Of a DNA stretch of 64,000 nucleotides, positions 36,400-49,795 are shown one piece after another; the stretch's first letter is position 1; every line of letters starts with the position of its first letter. Position numbers and translations under genes: made by a program. Origin of the DNA: Squalus acanthias (taxonomy: Eukaryota); assembly GCA_030390025.1 (NCBI GenBank), contig JASTWF010000037.1, positions 310,001-374,000 of the forward strand, given 5' to 3'. The notes under the pieces are model-generated. The model was not told where the DNA came from. It saw only the letters and a program-made list of their open reading frames with translations, and did no database searches.

Positions 36400-38812
36400 C
36401 CTAGAGTGTATACGGGATGGTTTCCTGGACCAATATGTCGAGGAACCAACTAGAGATCGGGCCATCTTAGACTGGGTATCATGTAATGAGAAAGGATTAA
36501 TTAGCAATCTTGTTGTGCGAGGCCCCTTGGGGAGTAGCGATCATAATATGATAGAATTCTTCATTAAGATGGAGAGTGAAGTGGTTGACTCAGAGACTAG
36601 GGTCCTGAATTTAAATAAAGGAAACTACGATGGTATGAGGCGCGAGTTGGCTAGGATGGATTGGGGAACGTTACTTAAAGGGTTGACGGTGGATAGGCAA
36701 TGGCAAACATTTAAAGATCACATGGATGAACTACAGAATTTGTTCATCCCTGTTTGGCATTAAAAAAAAGGTGACTCAACCGTGGCTAACAAGGGAAATT
36801 AGGGATAGCATAAGATCCAAGGAGAGCACATATAAATTGGCCAGAAAAAGCAGCTACCTGAGGATTGGGAGCAGTTTAGGATTCAGCAAAGGAGGACAAA
36901 GGGATTAATTAAGAGGGGGAAATAGAATATGAGAGTAAGCTTGCAGGGAACATGAAAACTGACTGTAAAAACTTCTATAGATATGTGAAGAGAAAAAGAT
37001 TGGTGAAGTCAAGCGTAGGTCCCTTGCAGTCAGAATCAGGGGAATTTATAATGGGGACCAAAGAAATGGCAGACCAATTAAATACATACTTTGGTTCTGT
37101 CTTCACAAAGGAGGACACAAATAACCTCCCAGAGATGTTGGGGAACATAGGGTCTAATGAGAGGGAGGGATTGAATTAAATCAGTATTTGTAGGGAAATG
37201 GTGTTAGGGAAATTGACAGGATTGAAGGCCAATAAATCCCCAAGGCCTGATAATCTACATCCTAGGGTACTTAAGGAAGTGGCCCTAGAAATAGTAGATG
37301 CATTGCTGGTCATCTTCCAAAATTCTATAGAATCTGGAACAGTTCCCATGGATTGGAGGGTAGCTAATGTAACCCCACTATTTAAAAAAGGTGGAAGAGA
37401 GAAAATGGGGAATTATAGACCGGTAAGCCTGACATCGGTAGTGGGGAAAATGCTAGAGTCCATTATAAAAGATGTAATAGCAGAGCACTTGGAAAACAGT
37501 GACAGGATCGGACAAAGTCAACATGGATTTACAAAAGGTAAGTCATGCTTGACTAATCTACTGGAATTTTTTGAGGATGTAACTGGTAGAATAGATAAGG
37601 GAGAACCAGTGGATGTGGTGTATTTGGACTTTCAGAAGGCTTTCGATAAGGTCCCGCATAAGAGATTAGCGTGCAAAGTTAAAGCACATGGGATTGGGGG
37701 TAAGGTACTGACTTGGATAGAGAACTGGTTGGCAGACAGGAAGCAAAGAGTTGGAATAAACGGGTCTTTTTCCGAGTGGCAGGCAGTGATTAGTGGGGTA
37801 CCACAGGGATCGGTGCTAGGACCCCAGTTATTCACAATATATATTAATGATCTAGACGAGGGAACTAGATGTAATGTCTCCAAGTTTGCAGACGATACAA
37901 AGCTGGGTGGGCGTGTGTGCTGTGAGAAGGATGCCGAGAAACTCCAGGATGATTTGGACAGTTGGGTGATTGGGCAGATGCATGGCAGATGCAGTATAAT
38001 GTGGATAAATGCGAGGTTATCCACTTTGGTGGCAAAAACAGGAAGGCAGATTATCTGAACGGCAATAGATTGGGAAAAGGGGAAGTGCAACGAGACCTGG
38101 GTGTCCTTGTGCACCAGTCGCTGAAGGTAAGCATGCAGGTGCAGCAGGCGGTTAAGAAGGCAAATGGTATGTTGGCCTTCATAGCGAGAGGATTAGAGTA
38201 CCGGAGCAAGGATGTCTTGCTGCAGTTGTACAGGGCCTTGGTGAGACCACACTTTGAGTATTGTGTGCAGTTTTGGTCACCTTATCTGAGGAAGGATGTT
38301 CTTGCCATGGAGGGAGTGCAGCGAAGATTTACCAGACTGATACCTGGGATGGCAGGAATGACGTATGAAGAGAGATTGGGTCGATTAGGCATATATTCGC
38401 TAGAGTTTAGAAGAATGAGAGGGGATCTCATTGAAACTTATAAAATTCTAACAGGACTAGACAGACTAGATGCAGGAAGGATGTTCCCGATGGCGGGGGA
38501 GTCTAGAACCAGAGGTCACAGTCTAAGGATAAGGGGTAAGCCATTTAGGACTGAGATGAGGAGGAATTTCTTCACCCAGAGAGTGGTGAACCTGTGGAAT
38601 TCTCTACCACAGAAGGCAGTTGAGGCCAAGTCATTAAATATATTCAAGAAGGAGATAGATATATTTCTTAAGGCTAAAGGGATCAAGGGATATGGGGAGA
38701 AAGCAGGGACAGGGTACTGAATTTGGATGATCAGCCATGATCTCATTAAATGGTGGAACAGGCTCGAGGGGCCGAATGGCCTACTCCTGCTCCTATCTTC
38801 TATGTTTCTATG
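36400..38812 (+). mobile_element. CR1 LINE, 5'-truncated, about 2.4 kb, ORF2 disrupted
   Basis: GPLGSSDHN (endonuclease end), [62 protein letters not shown]; split by stops and frameshifts; short tandem 3' tail. Confidence 0.95.
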
Positions 38813-38869
38813 GTGAATCTGCGCTGCACCCCCTCCAGGGCCAATATATCCTTCCGGAGATGCCGTGCC

Positions 38870-39500
38870 CCTTCATTGCAAGAGGATTTGAGTCCAGGAG
38901 CAAGGATGTCTTACTACAGTTGTACAGGGCCTTGGTGAGACCACACCTGGAGTACTGTGTGCAGTTTTGGTCTCCCTCTATGGCAAGTATATCCTCTCTT
39001 AGGTAAAGAGTGCAGCGAAGGTTCACCAGACTGATTCCTGGGATGGCAGGACTGTCGTATGAGGAGAGATTGGGTTGACTAGGCCTGTATTCATTAGAGT
39101 TTAGAAGAATGAGAGGGGATCTCATTGAAACGTATAAAATTCTGACAGGGCTAGACAGACTGGATGCAGGGAGAATGTTTCCCCTGGCTGGGGGATGTCT
39201 GGAACGAGGGGTCACAGTCTCAGGATACGGGGTAGGACATTTAGGATTGAGATGAGGAGAAATTTCTTCACCCAGAGGGTGGTGAACCTGTGGAATTCTC
39301 TACCACAGAAGGCTGTAGAGGCCAAGTCACTGAATATATTTAAGAAGGAGATAGATAGATTTCTAGACACAAAAGGCATCAAGGGGTATGGGGAGAGAGC
39401 GGGAATATGGTATTGAGATCGAGGATCAGCCATGATCATATTGAATGGCGGAGCAGGCTCGAAGGGCCTACTCCTGCTCCTATTTTTCTATGTTTCTAAC
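38870..39500 (+). mobile_element. CR1 LINE 3' fragment with internal micro-inversion
   Basis: Same subfamily as 2975-3600. Confidence 0.9.
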
Positions 39501-39768
39501 TGAAGAAAAAGCTCCAGTAAAAGAAAAATCAGGCGTAAGGTTTTCACTCCCAATCGTCACCCCTTCTGGAATCTGGTGAGCGCTGGCAGGCTATTCGACT
39601 GCCCCTTGTGTGTGGGCGTCGGGTGAAGACAGAATCAGGCTCAGCTGTGATGGTCCCTCCACAGTCGAATAGCCTGCCGAGACCCACTGTCCAGACTCGC
39701 GCGCTCAGCCGATGCCTATGGAACTGTACCCTAGGCAACACACAAAATTTAAACGCACAAATTCTTAC

Positions 39769-39925
39769 CTCCAAAACCGGGGAAGGCCCCAAAGACCTGC
39801 GCAGCAGCAGCATGCTGGGGTGCGGGGGCAGCGAAAGGGTCGCCTCCGATGTCTGCCAGAAGATCCAGCTGCGACTTCTTTGCTTGTTGCTGATGCTGTT
39901 GCTGCATCTGTGCTTGACTGGCAAT
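39769..39925 (-). CDS. AGFG2: AGFG2-like coding exon (probable exon 5)
   Basis: ccccag|ATT...G|gtaaga; 157 nt; IASQAQMQQQHQQQAKKSQLDLLADIGGDPFAAPAPQHAAAAQVFGAFPGFG; DLLADIGGDPFAAP is the AGFG2-type motif as I recall it. Confidence 0.93.
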
Positions 39926-41511
39926 CTGGGGAGGGGGGGCGAGAGAAAACAGGAGGTAAAACTCAAGAGCCTCCACAGCCTACAAACAGGAGCTCCATCC
40001 CCGGTGTCCCAGGGCCAATATTTATCCCTTCCGACCGACATCACTGAAACAGATGATCTGGTCATTTATCACGTTGCTGTTTTGTGGGAGTTTGCTGTAC
40101 GCAACAAATTGGCTGCCGCGTTTCCCACATTACAACAGTGACTCCACTCCAAAAAGTGCTTCATTGGCTGTGAAGCGCTTGGGGACGTCCCGAGGTTGTG
40201 AAAGGCGCTATAGAAATGCAAGTTCTTTCTTTCGAGAGGACAACAACAATTAGCATTTATTGGGTGCCATTAATGTCGTAAAACGTCCCAAGGGACCGTA
40301 TCAAACCGTTTAAGACATGCAGGTGCAGAAACCTGGACAGTCCGTTCGAATGTACTGATAAACAACGGCCCTTTCACCCTGAGACCTGGGTTCAAATCAG
40401 TCTGCTGGCTGCAATGGTCCCACGTCAAATGAGTTCTGCAGTCTCAATCCAGTTCTTAGTACGCACGCGCTCACAGTGTATAACCAGCAATCTCATTGAA
40501 AGAAAGAAAATAACTTGCATTTCTGCAGCGCCTTTCACCACCTCGGGACGTCCCAAAGCACTTTACAGCCACTGAAGTACTTTTTGATGTGTAGCCCCTG
40601 TTATAATGTCGGAAATGCGGCAGCCAATTTGTGCACAGCAAGCTCCCACAACCAGCAATGTGATAAATTACCAGATCATCTGTTTTTTAGCGCTGTTGAC
40701 GGAGGGATAAATATCGGCCCCAGGGCACCGGGGATAACTCTTTCCTTTGAAATAGTGCCACGGGACCAGTTTACGTCCGACTGAGAGAGCCTGGGTTTAA
40801 CGTCTCGTCCGAAAGACGGCACCTCCGACAGTGCGGCACTCCCTCAGCACCGGCACCGGGAGTGTCGGCCTAGATTATGTGACGTCTCTGGAGAGGCCAC
40901 GGGGTGACTGGGGCAGAATAGGAAGCATATCCAGCCTTGGTGTACCTGGCCTGGGATTGCTCGATGCCGATACTGTGATGCTTGCACTGGAGCGTTCCCT
41001 GCTCTGCACCTCCACCTTGAGAAATTCGCCAAAGAATTTCAAACAGCTTTTACAATCAGCTCCTGTGCTGATTAAGGTCTCCTTTCCCTGCCTGTTCAGG
41101 GGCAGTCAAACAATGTTATTGGCTTCAGATCAAGGGCCCCCTGTTCGGCCAGCATTTATGCTCTGAGCTGCTACAAAACAGTTCTCAAGGGCAATTAGGG
41201 ATGGGCAATAAATGCTGGCCTTGCCAGCGACGTCCACATCCCATAAACGAACTTAAAAAAAAAGGGAGTCAAGGGGTATGGGGAGAGAGCGGGAAAGTGG
41301 TGTTGAGGCCAAGATTGGATCAGCCATGATCTTATTGAATGGCGGAGCAGGCTCGAGGGGCCGATTGGCCTATTCCTGGCTCCTGTTTCTTATGTTCTTA
41401 TGTTCTAATACACAGCAGAGCCATCAGCTGAAGAGAAAAAGGTGCGCTAACGTTTCAAAAGGGCCTGTAGGGGGGAGATGAAGAGAAATCTTTTAACGCA
41501 GGGAGTTGTTG

Positions 41512-42232
41512 TGATAAGAACATAACCCTTGACTCCCCTGTAGCTCAAATGTCTGTCAATCTCCACCTTGAATATATTCAATGACTCCGCCTCCACAGCT
41601 CTCTGGGGTAGAGAATTCCAAAGATTCACGACCCTCAGAGAGAAGAAATTCCTCCTCATCTCCGTCTTAAATGGGCGACCCCTTATTCTGAAACTATGCC
41701 CCCTAGTTCTGATGAAAGGTCATCGACCTGAAACGTTAACTCTCTTTCTCTCTCCACGGATGCTGCCTGGCCTGCTGAGTTTTTCCAGCGTTTTCTGTTG
41801 TTATTTCGGATTTCCAGCATCCGCAGTATTTTGCTATCCCCTAGTTCTAGATTCCCCCACGAGGGGAAACATCCTCTCAGCATCTACTCTGTCAAGCCCC
41901 CTCAGAATCTTACATGTTTCAATAAAATTCTTCTAAACTCCCATGAGTATCGGCCCAACCTGCTCAACCTTTCTTCACAAGAAAACCCCTTCATCTCCGG
42001 AATCAACCTAGTGAACTTTCTCTGAACTGCCTCCAACGCAAGTATATCCCTCCTTAAATAAGGAGACCAAAACTGTACGCAGTACTCCAGGTGTGGTCTC
42101 ACCAGCGCCCTGTACAGTTGTAGCAAGACTTCCCTACTTTTATACTCCATCCCCCTTGCAATAAGGGCCCACATTCCATTTGCCTTCCTAATTACTCGCT
42201 GTACCTGCATGCTAACTTTTTGTGTTTCATGT
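41512..42232 (-). mobile_element. CR1 LINE 3' fragment
   Basis: [14 protein letters not shown] and FFSLRVVNLWNSLP ORFs. Confidence 0.88.
41705..41837 (+). mobile_element. Family B terminal-repeat fragment with hammerhead motif (41705-41741), nested in a CR1
   Basis: Duplication CCCCTAGTTCT at 41700-41710 and 41838-41848; AGTT-CTGATGA-A-AGGTC-ATC-GACCT-GAAACGTT-AACT. Confidence 0.85.
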
Positions 42233-43049
42233 GATCTAGAACGCGCTGCCTGAAAGGGTGGCGGATACAGATTCAACAGCAACTTTCAAAAGGGAATTGG
42301 ATAAAGACTTGAAAAGGAAAATTTTGCAGGGTTATGGAGAAAGAGCTGGGGGAGGGGGGGTGGGGGGGGGGGGAGAGAGTGGGATTAATTGGAGAGCTCT
42401 TTCAAAGGGTTGGCACCGGCACAACGGGCCGAATGGCCTCCTTCTGTGCTGTATCATTCTACAATATGCTCAAATCTGCCTCAGGTGCTGATGGAGCGGC
42501 TGCATAATACCAGCTTTTCCTGTTCGAGGGTCAGCTTGGCTCCATTGGCCTCGAGTCAGAAGGTGGTGGGGTCGTGGTGCGAGAAAGACAAATTGGAATA
42601 TTTTTCTTCATGGCAAGAGATGAGAAAGTGTGGAGGAGCAAAGGGATTCAGGTGTTAATATGCACAAATCGCTAAAAAGATAATGCGCAGGTTCCAAAAA
42701 GGCTAATGCTGGCCTTTGGGTGTGGGTTTGGGATGCAAGCTATGCTTCAGTGGTACAGAGCCTTGGTTAGACCCCATCTGGAGTACTGCGCTCAGTTCTG
42801 GGCTCCACACCTGAGGAAGGATGTAGTGGCCTCCGAGGGGGGTGCAGCAGATTCACCAGAATGATACCAGGCTAAAAGGGTTAAATTATGAGCTCAGGTT
42901 GCATAAACTAGGCTTGAATTCCTTTTTTTTAAATTCGTTTATGGGATGTGGGCATCGCTGGCAAGGCTCAGCATTTATTGCCCTTGAGAAGGTGGTGGCG
43001 AGCCGCCGCCTTGAACCGCTGGTGGTGAAGGTGCTTCATGTCACGCTAC

Positions 43050-43557
43050 ATGTAACCCCACCTGACGTAGAGTCATCCAGACTCCAGTCGTCGTTGGCTT
43101 GATCACAGATGCGGCCGGACCTGCTGTGATTTCCAGCAAAAAAAGTAAAAAGTTTGAAGTTTTTGGTTTTCCATACAGACTGCAGCATCTGCCACATTTG
43201 ACCCCTTGTGACCCCACCTCATTGTCTTTGTTGTATTTTGCTATTGTCTTTGATGTAATGTCTTCCTGACTGACCCGGTTGGACACCATCCACACCTTTG
43301 ATTGCCGAGATTATCGCTCTGCCGAGGTGTGATAAAGGGCAGTTAGAAAGATTAACTGTAGTCGTCTGGCATTGTTCTCTGCACAGGCATTGTTCTCTGA
43401 CTATATATGCTGTGCCCATTCGTATTTCTTCACTTCACCTGACGAAGGAGCAGCGCTCCGAAAGCTTGTGATTTCAAATAATGCTGTTGGACTATAACCT
43501 GGTGTTGTGCGACTTCTCACTTTTGTCCACCCCAGTCCAACACCGGCATCTCCGCAT
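43050..43557 (+). mobile_element. Long family A terminal repeat with intact hammerhead motif at 43435-43471
   Basis: Homologous to 25930-26366; TCAC-CTGACGA-A-GGAGC-AGC-GCTCC-GAAAGCTT-GTGA; interrupts the 3' part of a minus-strand LINE. Confidence 0.82.
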
Positions 43558-44890
43558 CAAAGTCAGGATGGTGTGTGACTTGGAGGGGAACTTGGAGGGG
43601 GTGGTGTTCCCATGCGCCTGCTGCCCTTGTCCTTCTAGGTGGGAGAGGTCACAGGTTTGGGAGGTGCTGCCGAAGAAGCCTTGGCGAGTTGCTGCAGTGC
43701 ATCTTGTAGATGGTACACACTGCAGACACGGTGCGCCGGTGGTGGAGGGAGTGAATGTTTAAGGTGGTGGATGGGGTGCCAATCAAGCAGGCTGCTTTGT
43801 CCTGGATGGTGTCGAGCTTCTTGAGTGTTGTTGGAGCTGCACTCATCCAGGCAAGTGGAGAGTATTCCATCACACTCCTGACTTGTGCCTTGTAGATGGT
43901 GGAAAGGCTTTGGGGAGTCAGGAGGTGAGACATTCGCCACTGAATACCCAGCCTCTGACCTGCTCTTATTGCCACAGTATTTATGTGGCTGGTCCAGTTA
44001 AGTTTCTGGTCAATGGTGACCCCCAGGATGTTGATGGTGGGGGTTTCGGCGATGGTAATGCTATTGAATGTCAAGGGGTGGTGGTTAGACGCTCACTTGT
44101 TGGAGATAGTCATTGCCTGGCACTTGTGTGGTGTGACTGTTACCTGCCATTTCTCAGCCCAAACCTGAATGTCGTCCAGGTCTTGCTGCATGCAAGCATG
44201 GACTGCTTCATTATCTGAGGAGTTGCGAATGGCACGGAACACTGTGCAGTCATCAGTGAATATCCCCATTTCTGATCTTATGATGGAGGGAAGGTAATTG
44301 ATGAAGCAGCTGAAGATGGTTGGGCCTAGAACACTGCCCTGAGGAACTCCTGCAGCGATGTCCTGGGGCTGTGATGATTTACCTCCAACCACCACAAACA
44401 TCTTCCATTGTGCTAGGTATGACTCCAGCCAGTAGAGAGTTTTCCCCGATTCCCATTGACTTCAGTTTTACTGGGGCTCCTTGATGCCACACTCGGTCAA
44501 ATGCTGCCTTGATGTCAAGGGCAGTCACTCTCACCTCACCTCTGGAATTCAGCTCTTTTGTCCATGTTTGGACCAAGGCTGTAATGAGGTTGGAGCAGAG
44601 TGGCCCTGGCGGAACCCAAACTGGGAGCCAGTGAGCAGGTTATTGGTGAGTAAGTGCTGCTTGATAGCACTGTCGACGACACCTTCCATCACTTTGCTGA
44701 TGATTGAGAGTAGACTGATGGGGCGGTAATTGGCCAGATTGGATTTGTCCTGCTTTTTGTGCCCAGGACATTCCTGGGCAGTTTTCCACATTGTCGGATA
44801 GATGCCAGTGTTATAGCTGTACTGGAACAGCTTGGCTAGAGGAGCAGCTAGTTCTGGAGCACAAGTCTTCAGCACAACAGCTGGGATGTC
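43558..44890 (-). mobile_element. LINE RT fragment, second CR1-group family
   Basis: [54 protein letters not shown]. Confidence 0.9.
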
Positions 44891-45559
44891 CCTTGAGTAT
44901 GGATGGTGAAGGGTGATCTAATTAACGTGTTCAAAATAATAAAAAGGATTTGATTATGTAGATAGAGAAACTATTTCCTCTGGTGGGGGAGTCTAGAACA
45001 AGGGGGCGCAATTTTATTAGAGCTATGCTGTTCAGAAACCAGGAAGCACTTCTTCATAACCAAGGGGAGTGGAAGTGTGCAACTCTCTCCCCCAAAAAGC
45101 TGTGGATGCTGGGAAGAAGGGGGTCACTTGAAACCTTTAAGACTGAGATCAACAGATCTTTATTATTAGGTAAGGGCATTAAGGGATTAAGGCTCAAAGG
45201 TGGGTAAATGGAGTAGAGGTTCAGATCAGCCATGATCTAATCGAATGGCGAAAAGGGCTTGAGGGGCTGAATGGCCTCCTCCTGTTCCTACGAACTCGAT
45301 ATTTGTTGGGCCGTGCGGCTCAGTACCACACTGGGTGGGCAGTTACCGACTGACCCATTGGAGAACAACATTTAATTCCCTTTAGGCATGTAGGGAACAA
45401 ACGCGACGCTCCGATGGCTCAGTGGTGTTGAATTCGGCGGTTAAAACTTCCAGTGCATTTCATTCGTTGATAGTTTGGTAACCTCCAGATGTTCTGAACT
45501 TCGTGCCCCACTGGCTGCAACATCTGATGCTACAGCGGATTGGTGAAGAACGAAAGAGA

Positions 45560-45975
45560 GAGAGCTTGCATTTATATAGCACCTGTCACCACCTCAGGAC
45601 GTCCCAAAGCGCTTCACAGTCACTGATGTAATATAGTAAACGCGGCAGCCAAATTGCGCACAATAAGATCCCACAAACAGCAATGTGATGATGACCAGAT
45701 AATCGGTTTCAGTGATGTTGATTGAGGGATGAATATTGTCCCCAGGACACCGGGGAGAACTCCCCCCCTGCTCTTCAAAATAGTGGCCGTGGGATCTTTT
45801 ACGTCCACCTGAGAGGGCAGACAGGGCCTCGGTTTAACATCTCATCCGAAATACGGCACCTCCGACTGTGCGGCGCTCCCTCAGTACTGCACTGGGAGTG
45901 TCGGCCTGGATTATGGGCTCAAGTCTCTGGAATGGGACTCGAACCCACAACCTTCTGACTCAGAGGCATGAGTTC
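45560..45975 (-). mobile_element. tRNA-derived SINE, same family (others at about 1065-1200, 39985-40230, 40510-40890, 47685-48075)
   Basis: Reverse complement of the 4630-5045 body. Confidence 0.8.
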
Positions 45976-47214
45976 GACCCAGAGCCACGGCCGACACACA
46001 TGTACACAAATATGCTGATGCAGAGTGGAAGGCTGCTTGCTCCTGCCCATAGCATCTCAATTCCTGAAAGTGGGGGGGCAGAGGAAGAGCACAAAAAATG
46101 ACTAGACAAGGTCAAATCCCATCATCGCTCTGTATCTCCAAGGCCAGTAAGCAAGTGGCCTGCCTGCCTGCCGAATTGGTGAAGGGAAACCGAGCATGAC
46201 ATTTTGGTACATAAGAAATAGGAGCAGGAGTCGGCCATACGGCCCCCCGAGCCTGCTCCGCCATTCAATAAGATCATGGCTGATCTTCGACCTCAACTCC
46301 ACTTTCCCGCCCGATCCCCATATCCCTCGATTCCCCTAGAGTCCAAAAATCTATCTACCTCAGCCTTGAATATACTCAACGATTCAGCATCCACAGCCCT
46401 TTGGGGTAGAGAATTCCAAAGATTCACAATCCTCTGAGTGAAGAAATTTCTCAAATCAGACTTAAATGGCCGACCCCTTATCCTGAGACTATGCCCCCCC
46501 CCCGTAGTTCTGTATAGTCATACGGAGCTGCAGATTGTGTAGTTAATCTCCGGTCCGTGCTGAGATAGCGGATCTAGCACCAGGGGCGGTCGACAGAGAT
46601 ACTCTGATTGGTCTCCGTGCCCTCTGCCTTGGGAGGGACTGCGGCGCCTGTGGGAACATCGGTTGAGGATAGGACCGGGCTGGGCAGCGATGCTCTTCAT
46701 GGTCAAACAGCCTGCCGACACTAAGCTTGCGCGTGAAGAACGGCCACTTAAATGAGGTACTGGAGGGCCGCCCGAGCCCGGGGAACTGCTTTTCCAGCAA
46801 GGTTTCGGGAGAATAGGGGAGGAACTTTCAAAATTCTCATCCTTGTTTTCAAATCCCTCCAAGGCCTCCCCCCATCTCTGTAACCTCCGCCAGCCCTACA
46901 ACCCTCCGAGATCTCGGCGCTCCTCCAATTCTTGAGTCTTGCGCATCCCCGATTTTAATCGCTCCACCATTGGCGGCCGTGCCTTCAGCTGCCTGGGCCC
47001 CAAGCTCTGGAATTTCCTCCCTAAACCTCTCCACCTCCCCCTCCTCAAAACCTACCTCATTCACCTGTCCTAATGTCTCCTTATGTGGCTCGGTGTCAAT
47101 TTTTGGCTGATAACGCTCCTGTGATGCGCCTTGGGAAGTTTTACTACGTTAAAGGCGCTGTATAAATGCAAGTTATCGCTGTTCTTGAACTTGGAAACAT
47201 CCCACTGCCGGTAC

Positions 47215-47365
47215 CTGGCTGGCGGTTCTCGTGACGTTCAGGGCTGGAGCCGATTCTCCCATGAGCGTCTTCAGTGGCTTGACGTCGGGCGTGCTGCTCC
47301 TGCTGCTAAGGGAGGTCGTAGCTGACGTGGCTGCAGATACCTTTACACGCTCTGGGGGAACATAC
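47215..47365 (-). CDS. AGFG2: AGFG2-like coding exon (probable exon 4)
   Basis: tacag|G...CAG|gtaccg; 151 nt; phase matches previous exon; (W)YVPPERVKVSAATSATTSLSSRSSTPDVKPLKTLMGESAPALNVTRTASQ. Confidence 0.93.
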
Positions 47366-48111
47366 CTGTAATCAAAGACCAAACCGGTTAGGTTTTAGGA
47401 GAAGGGCAGACGCAATCTGCTCTCGGAACAGCAACACATTAACCACTTGCCGTACAATCCCTTACCCTCTTCGCTTTCAGCTCAGGGCAGTCATTTAGCA
47501 ATTCCTTTGCTTTTTAATATTATAGATTGATCCATACAACAGAAGTCATGTGGATAGTGCGCACTGTGTGTGAACGCCGCACTGCAGACGCCACACTACA
47601 TTGTACCTTCTGCCTCACCATTTGCAATGCCACAGGAAATCTATTAGTTTGATGGTACAATCCATCTGATTTGCACCCTAACCTCCTCAGAAGGTTGTGG
47701 GTTCAAGCCCCACTCCAGAGACTTGAGCACATTAATCCAGGCTGACACTCCCAGTGCCAGTACTGAGGGAGCGCTGCACTGCCGTCTTTCGGAGGAGACG
47801 TTAAGCTGAGGCCCAGTCTGCCCTTTCAGGTGGACGTAAAAGATCCCACGGGCACTATTTCGAAGGGCCAATATTTATCCCTCAACCAACATCACTGAAA
47901 CAGATGATCTGGTCGTTATCACATTGTTGTTTGTGGGAGCTTGCTGTGCGCAAATTGACCGCTGCATATCCCACATTACAACAGTGACTACACTTCAAAA
48001 AGTACTTCATTGGCTGTAAAGCGCTTTGAGGTGTCCGGTGGTCGTGAAAGGCGCTATATAAATGCAAGTCTTTTCTTTCTTTTTCTTACCCCCTCTGGGA
48101 AAGTCAGCATT

Positions 48112-49795
48112 TTTTTTTATTCGTTCATGGAATGTGAGCGTCGCTGGCAAGGCCAGCATTTATTGCCCATCCCTAATTGCCCTTGAGAAGGTGGTGGTGA
48201 GCCGCCTTCTTGAACCGCTGCAGTCCGTGTGGTGAAGGTGCTCCCACAGTGCGGTTAGGGAGGGAGTTCCAGGATTTTGACCCAGCGACGATGAAGGAAC
48301 GGCCGATATATTTCCAAGTCAGGATGGTGTGTGACTTGGAGGTGGTGGTGTTCCTGTGCGCCTGCTGCCCTTGTCCTTCTAGGTGGAAGAGGTCGCGGGT
48401 TTGGGAGGTGCTGCCGAAGAAGCCTTGGCGAGTTGCTGCAGTGCATCTTGTAGATGGTACACACTGCAGCCACGGTGCGCCGGTGGTGGAGGGGGTGAAT
48501 GTTTAAGGTGGTGGATGGGGTGCCGATCAAGCGGGCTGCTTTGTCCTGGATGGTGTCAAGCTTCTTGAGTGTTGTTGGAGCTGCACTCATCCAGGCAAGT
48601 GGAGAGTATTCCATCACACTCCTGACTTGTGCCTTGTAGATGGTGGAAAGGCTTTGGGGAGTCAGGAGGTGAGACACTCGCCGCAGAATACCCAACCTCT
48701 GACCTGCTCTTGTTGCCACAGTATTAATGTGGCTGGTCCAGTTAAGTTTCTGGTCAATGGTGACCCCCAGGTATTGATGGTGGGGGATTCGGCGATGGTA
48801 ATGTTGTTGAATGTCATGGGGCGGTGGTTAGACGCTCGCTTGTTGGAGATAGTCATTGACTGGCACTTGTGTGGTGCGAATGTTACTTGCCACTTGTCAG
48901 TCCAAGCCTGAATGTTGTCCAGGTCTTGCTGCATGCGGGCATAGGCTGCTTCATTATCTGAGGAGTTGCGAATGGCACGGAACACTGTGCAGTCATCTGC
49001 GAACATCCATACTTCTGACCTTATGATGGAGGGAAGGTCATTGATGAAGTAGCTGAAGATGGTTGGGCCTAGGACACTGCCCTGAGGAACTCCTGCAGCG
49101 ATGTCCTGGGGCTGTGATGATTGACCTTCAATCACCACAACCATCTTCCTTTGTGCTAGGTATGACTCCAGCCAATGGAGAGTTTTCCTCCTGGTTCCCA
49201 TTGACTAGGGCTCCTTGATGCCATACTCTGTCAAATGCTGTCTTGAGGTCAAGGGCAGTCACTCTCACTTCTGGAATTCAGCTTTTTTGTCCATGTTTGG
49301 ACTAAGGCTGTAATGAGGTCTGGAACTGAGTGGTCTTGGAGGAACCCAAACTGAGCATCAGTGAGCAGGTTATTGGTGAGTAAGTGCTGTTTGATAGCAC
49401 TGTCGACGACAGCTTCCATCACTTTGCTGATGATTGAGAGTAGACTGATAGGGCGGTAATTGACCGGATTGGATTTGTCCTGCTTTTTGTGGACAGGACA
49501 TTCCTGGGCAGTTTTCCACATTGTCGGATAGATGCCAGTGTTGTAGCTGCACTTGAACAGCTTGGCTAGAGGCACGGCTAGTTCTGGAGCACAAGTCTTC
49601 AGCACGATAGCCGGGATGTTGTCGGGGCCCATAGCCTTTGCTGTATCCGGTGCGATCAGCCGTTTCTTGATATCACGTGGAGTGAATCAAATTGGCTGAA
49701 GACTGGCTTCTGTGACGGTGGGGACCTCGGGAGTCGGCCGAGATGGATCATCCGCTCGGCACTTCTGGCTGAAGATGGCTGCAAAAGCTTCAGTT
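48112..49795 (-). mobile_element. LINE RT fragment, same family as 43558-44890, with 3' end
   Basis: [30 protein letters not shown]; 3' end resembles pieces at 22810-23450, 27750-27910, 28715-29095, 41180-41260. Confidence 0.9.

Noticed and set aside
36400..38812. Potentially active CR1
   Set aside because: 5'-truncated with stops and frameshifts
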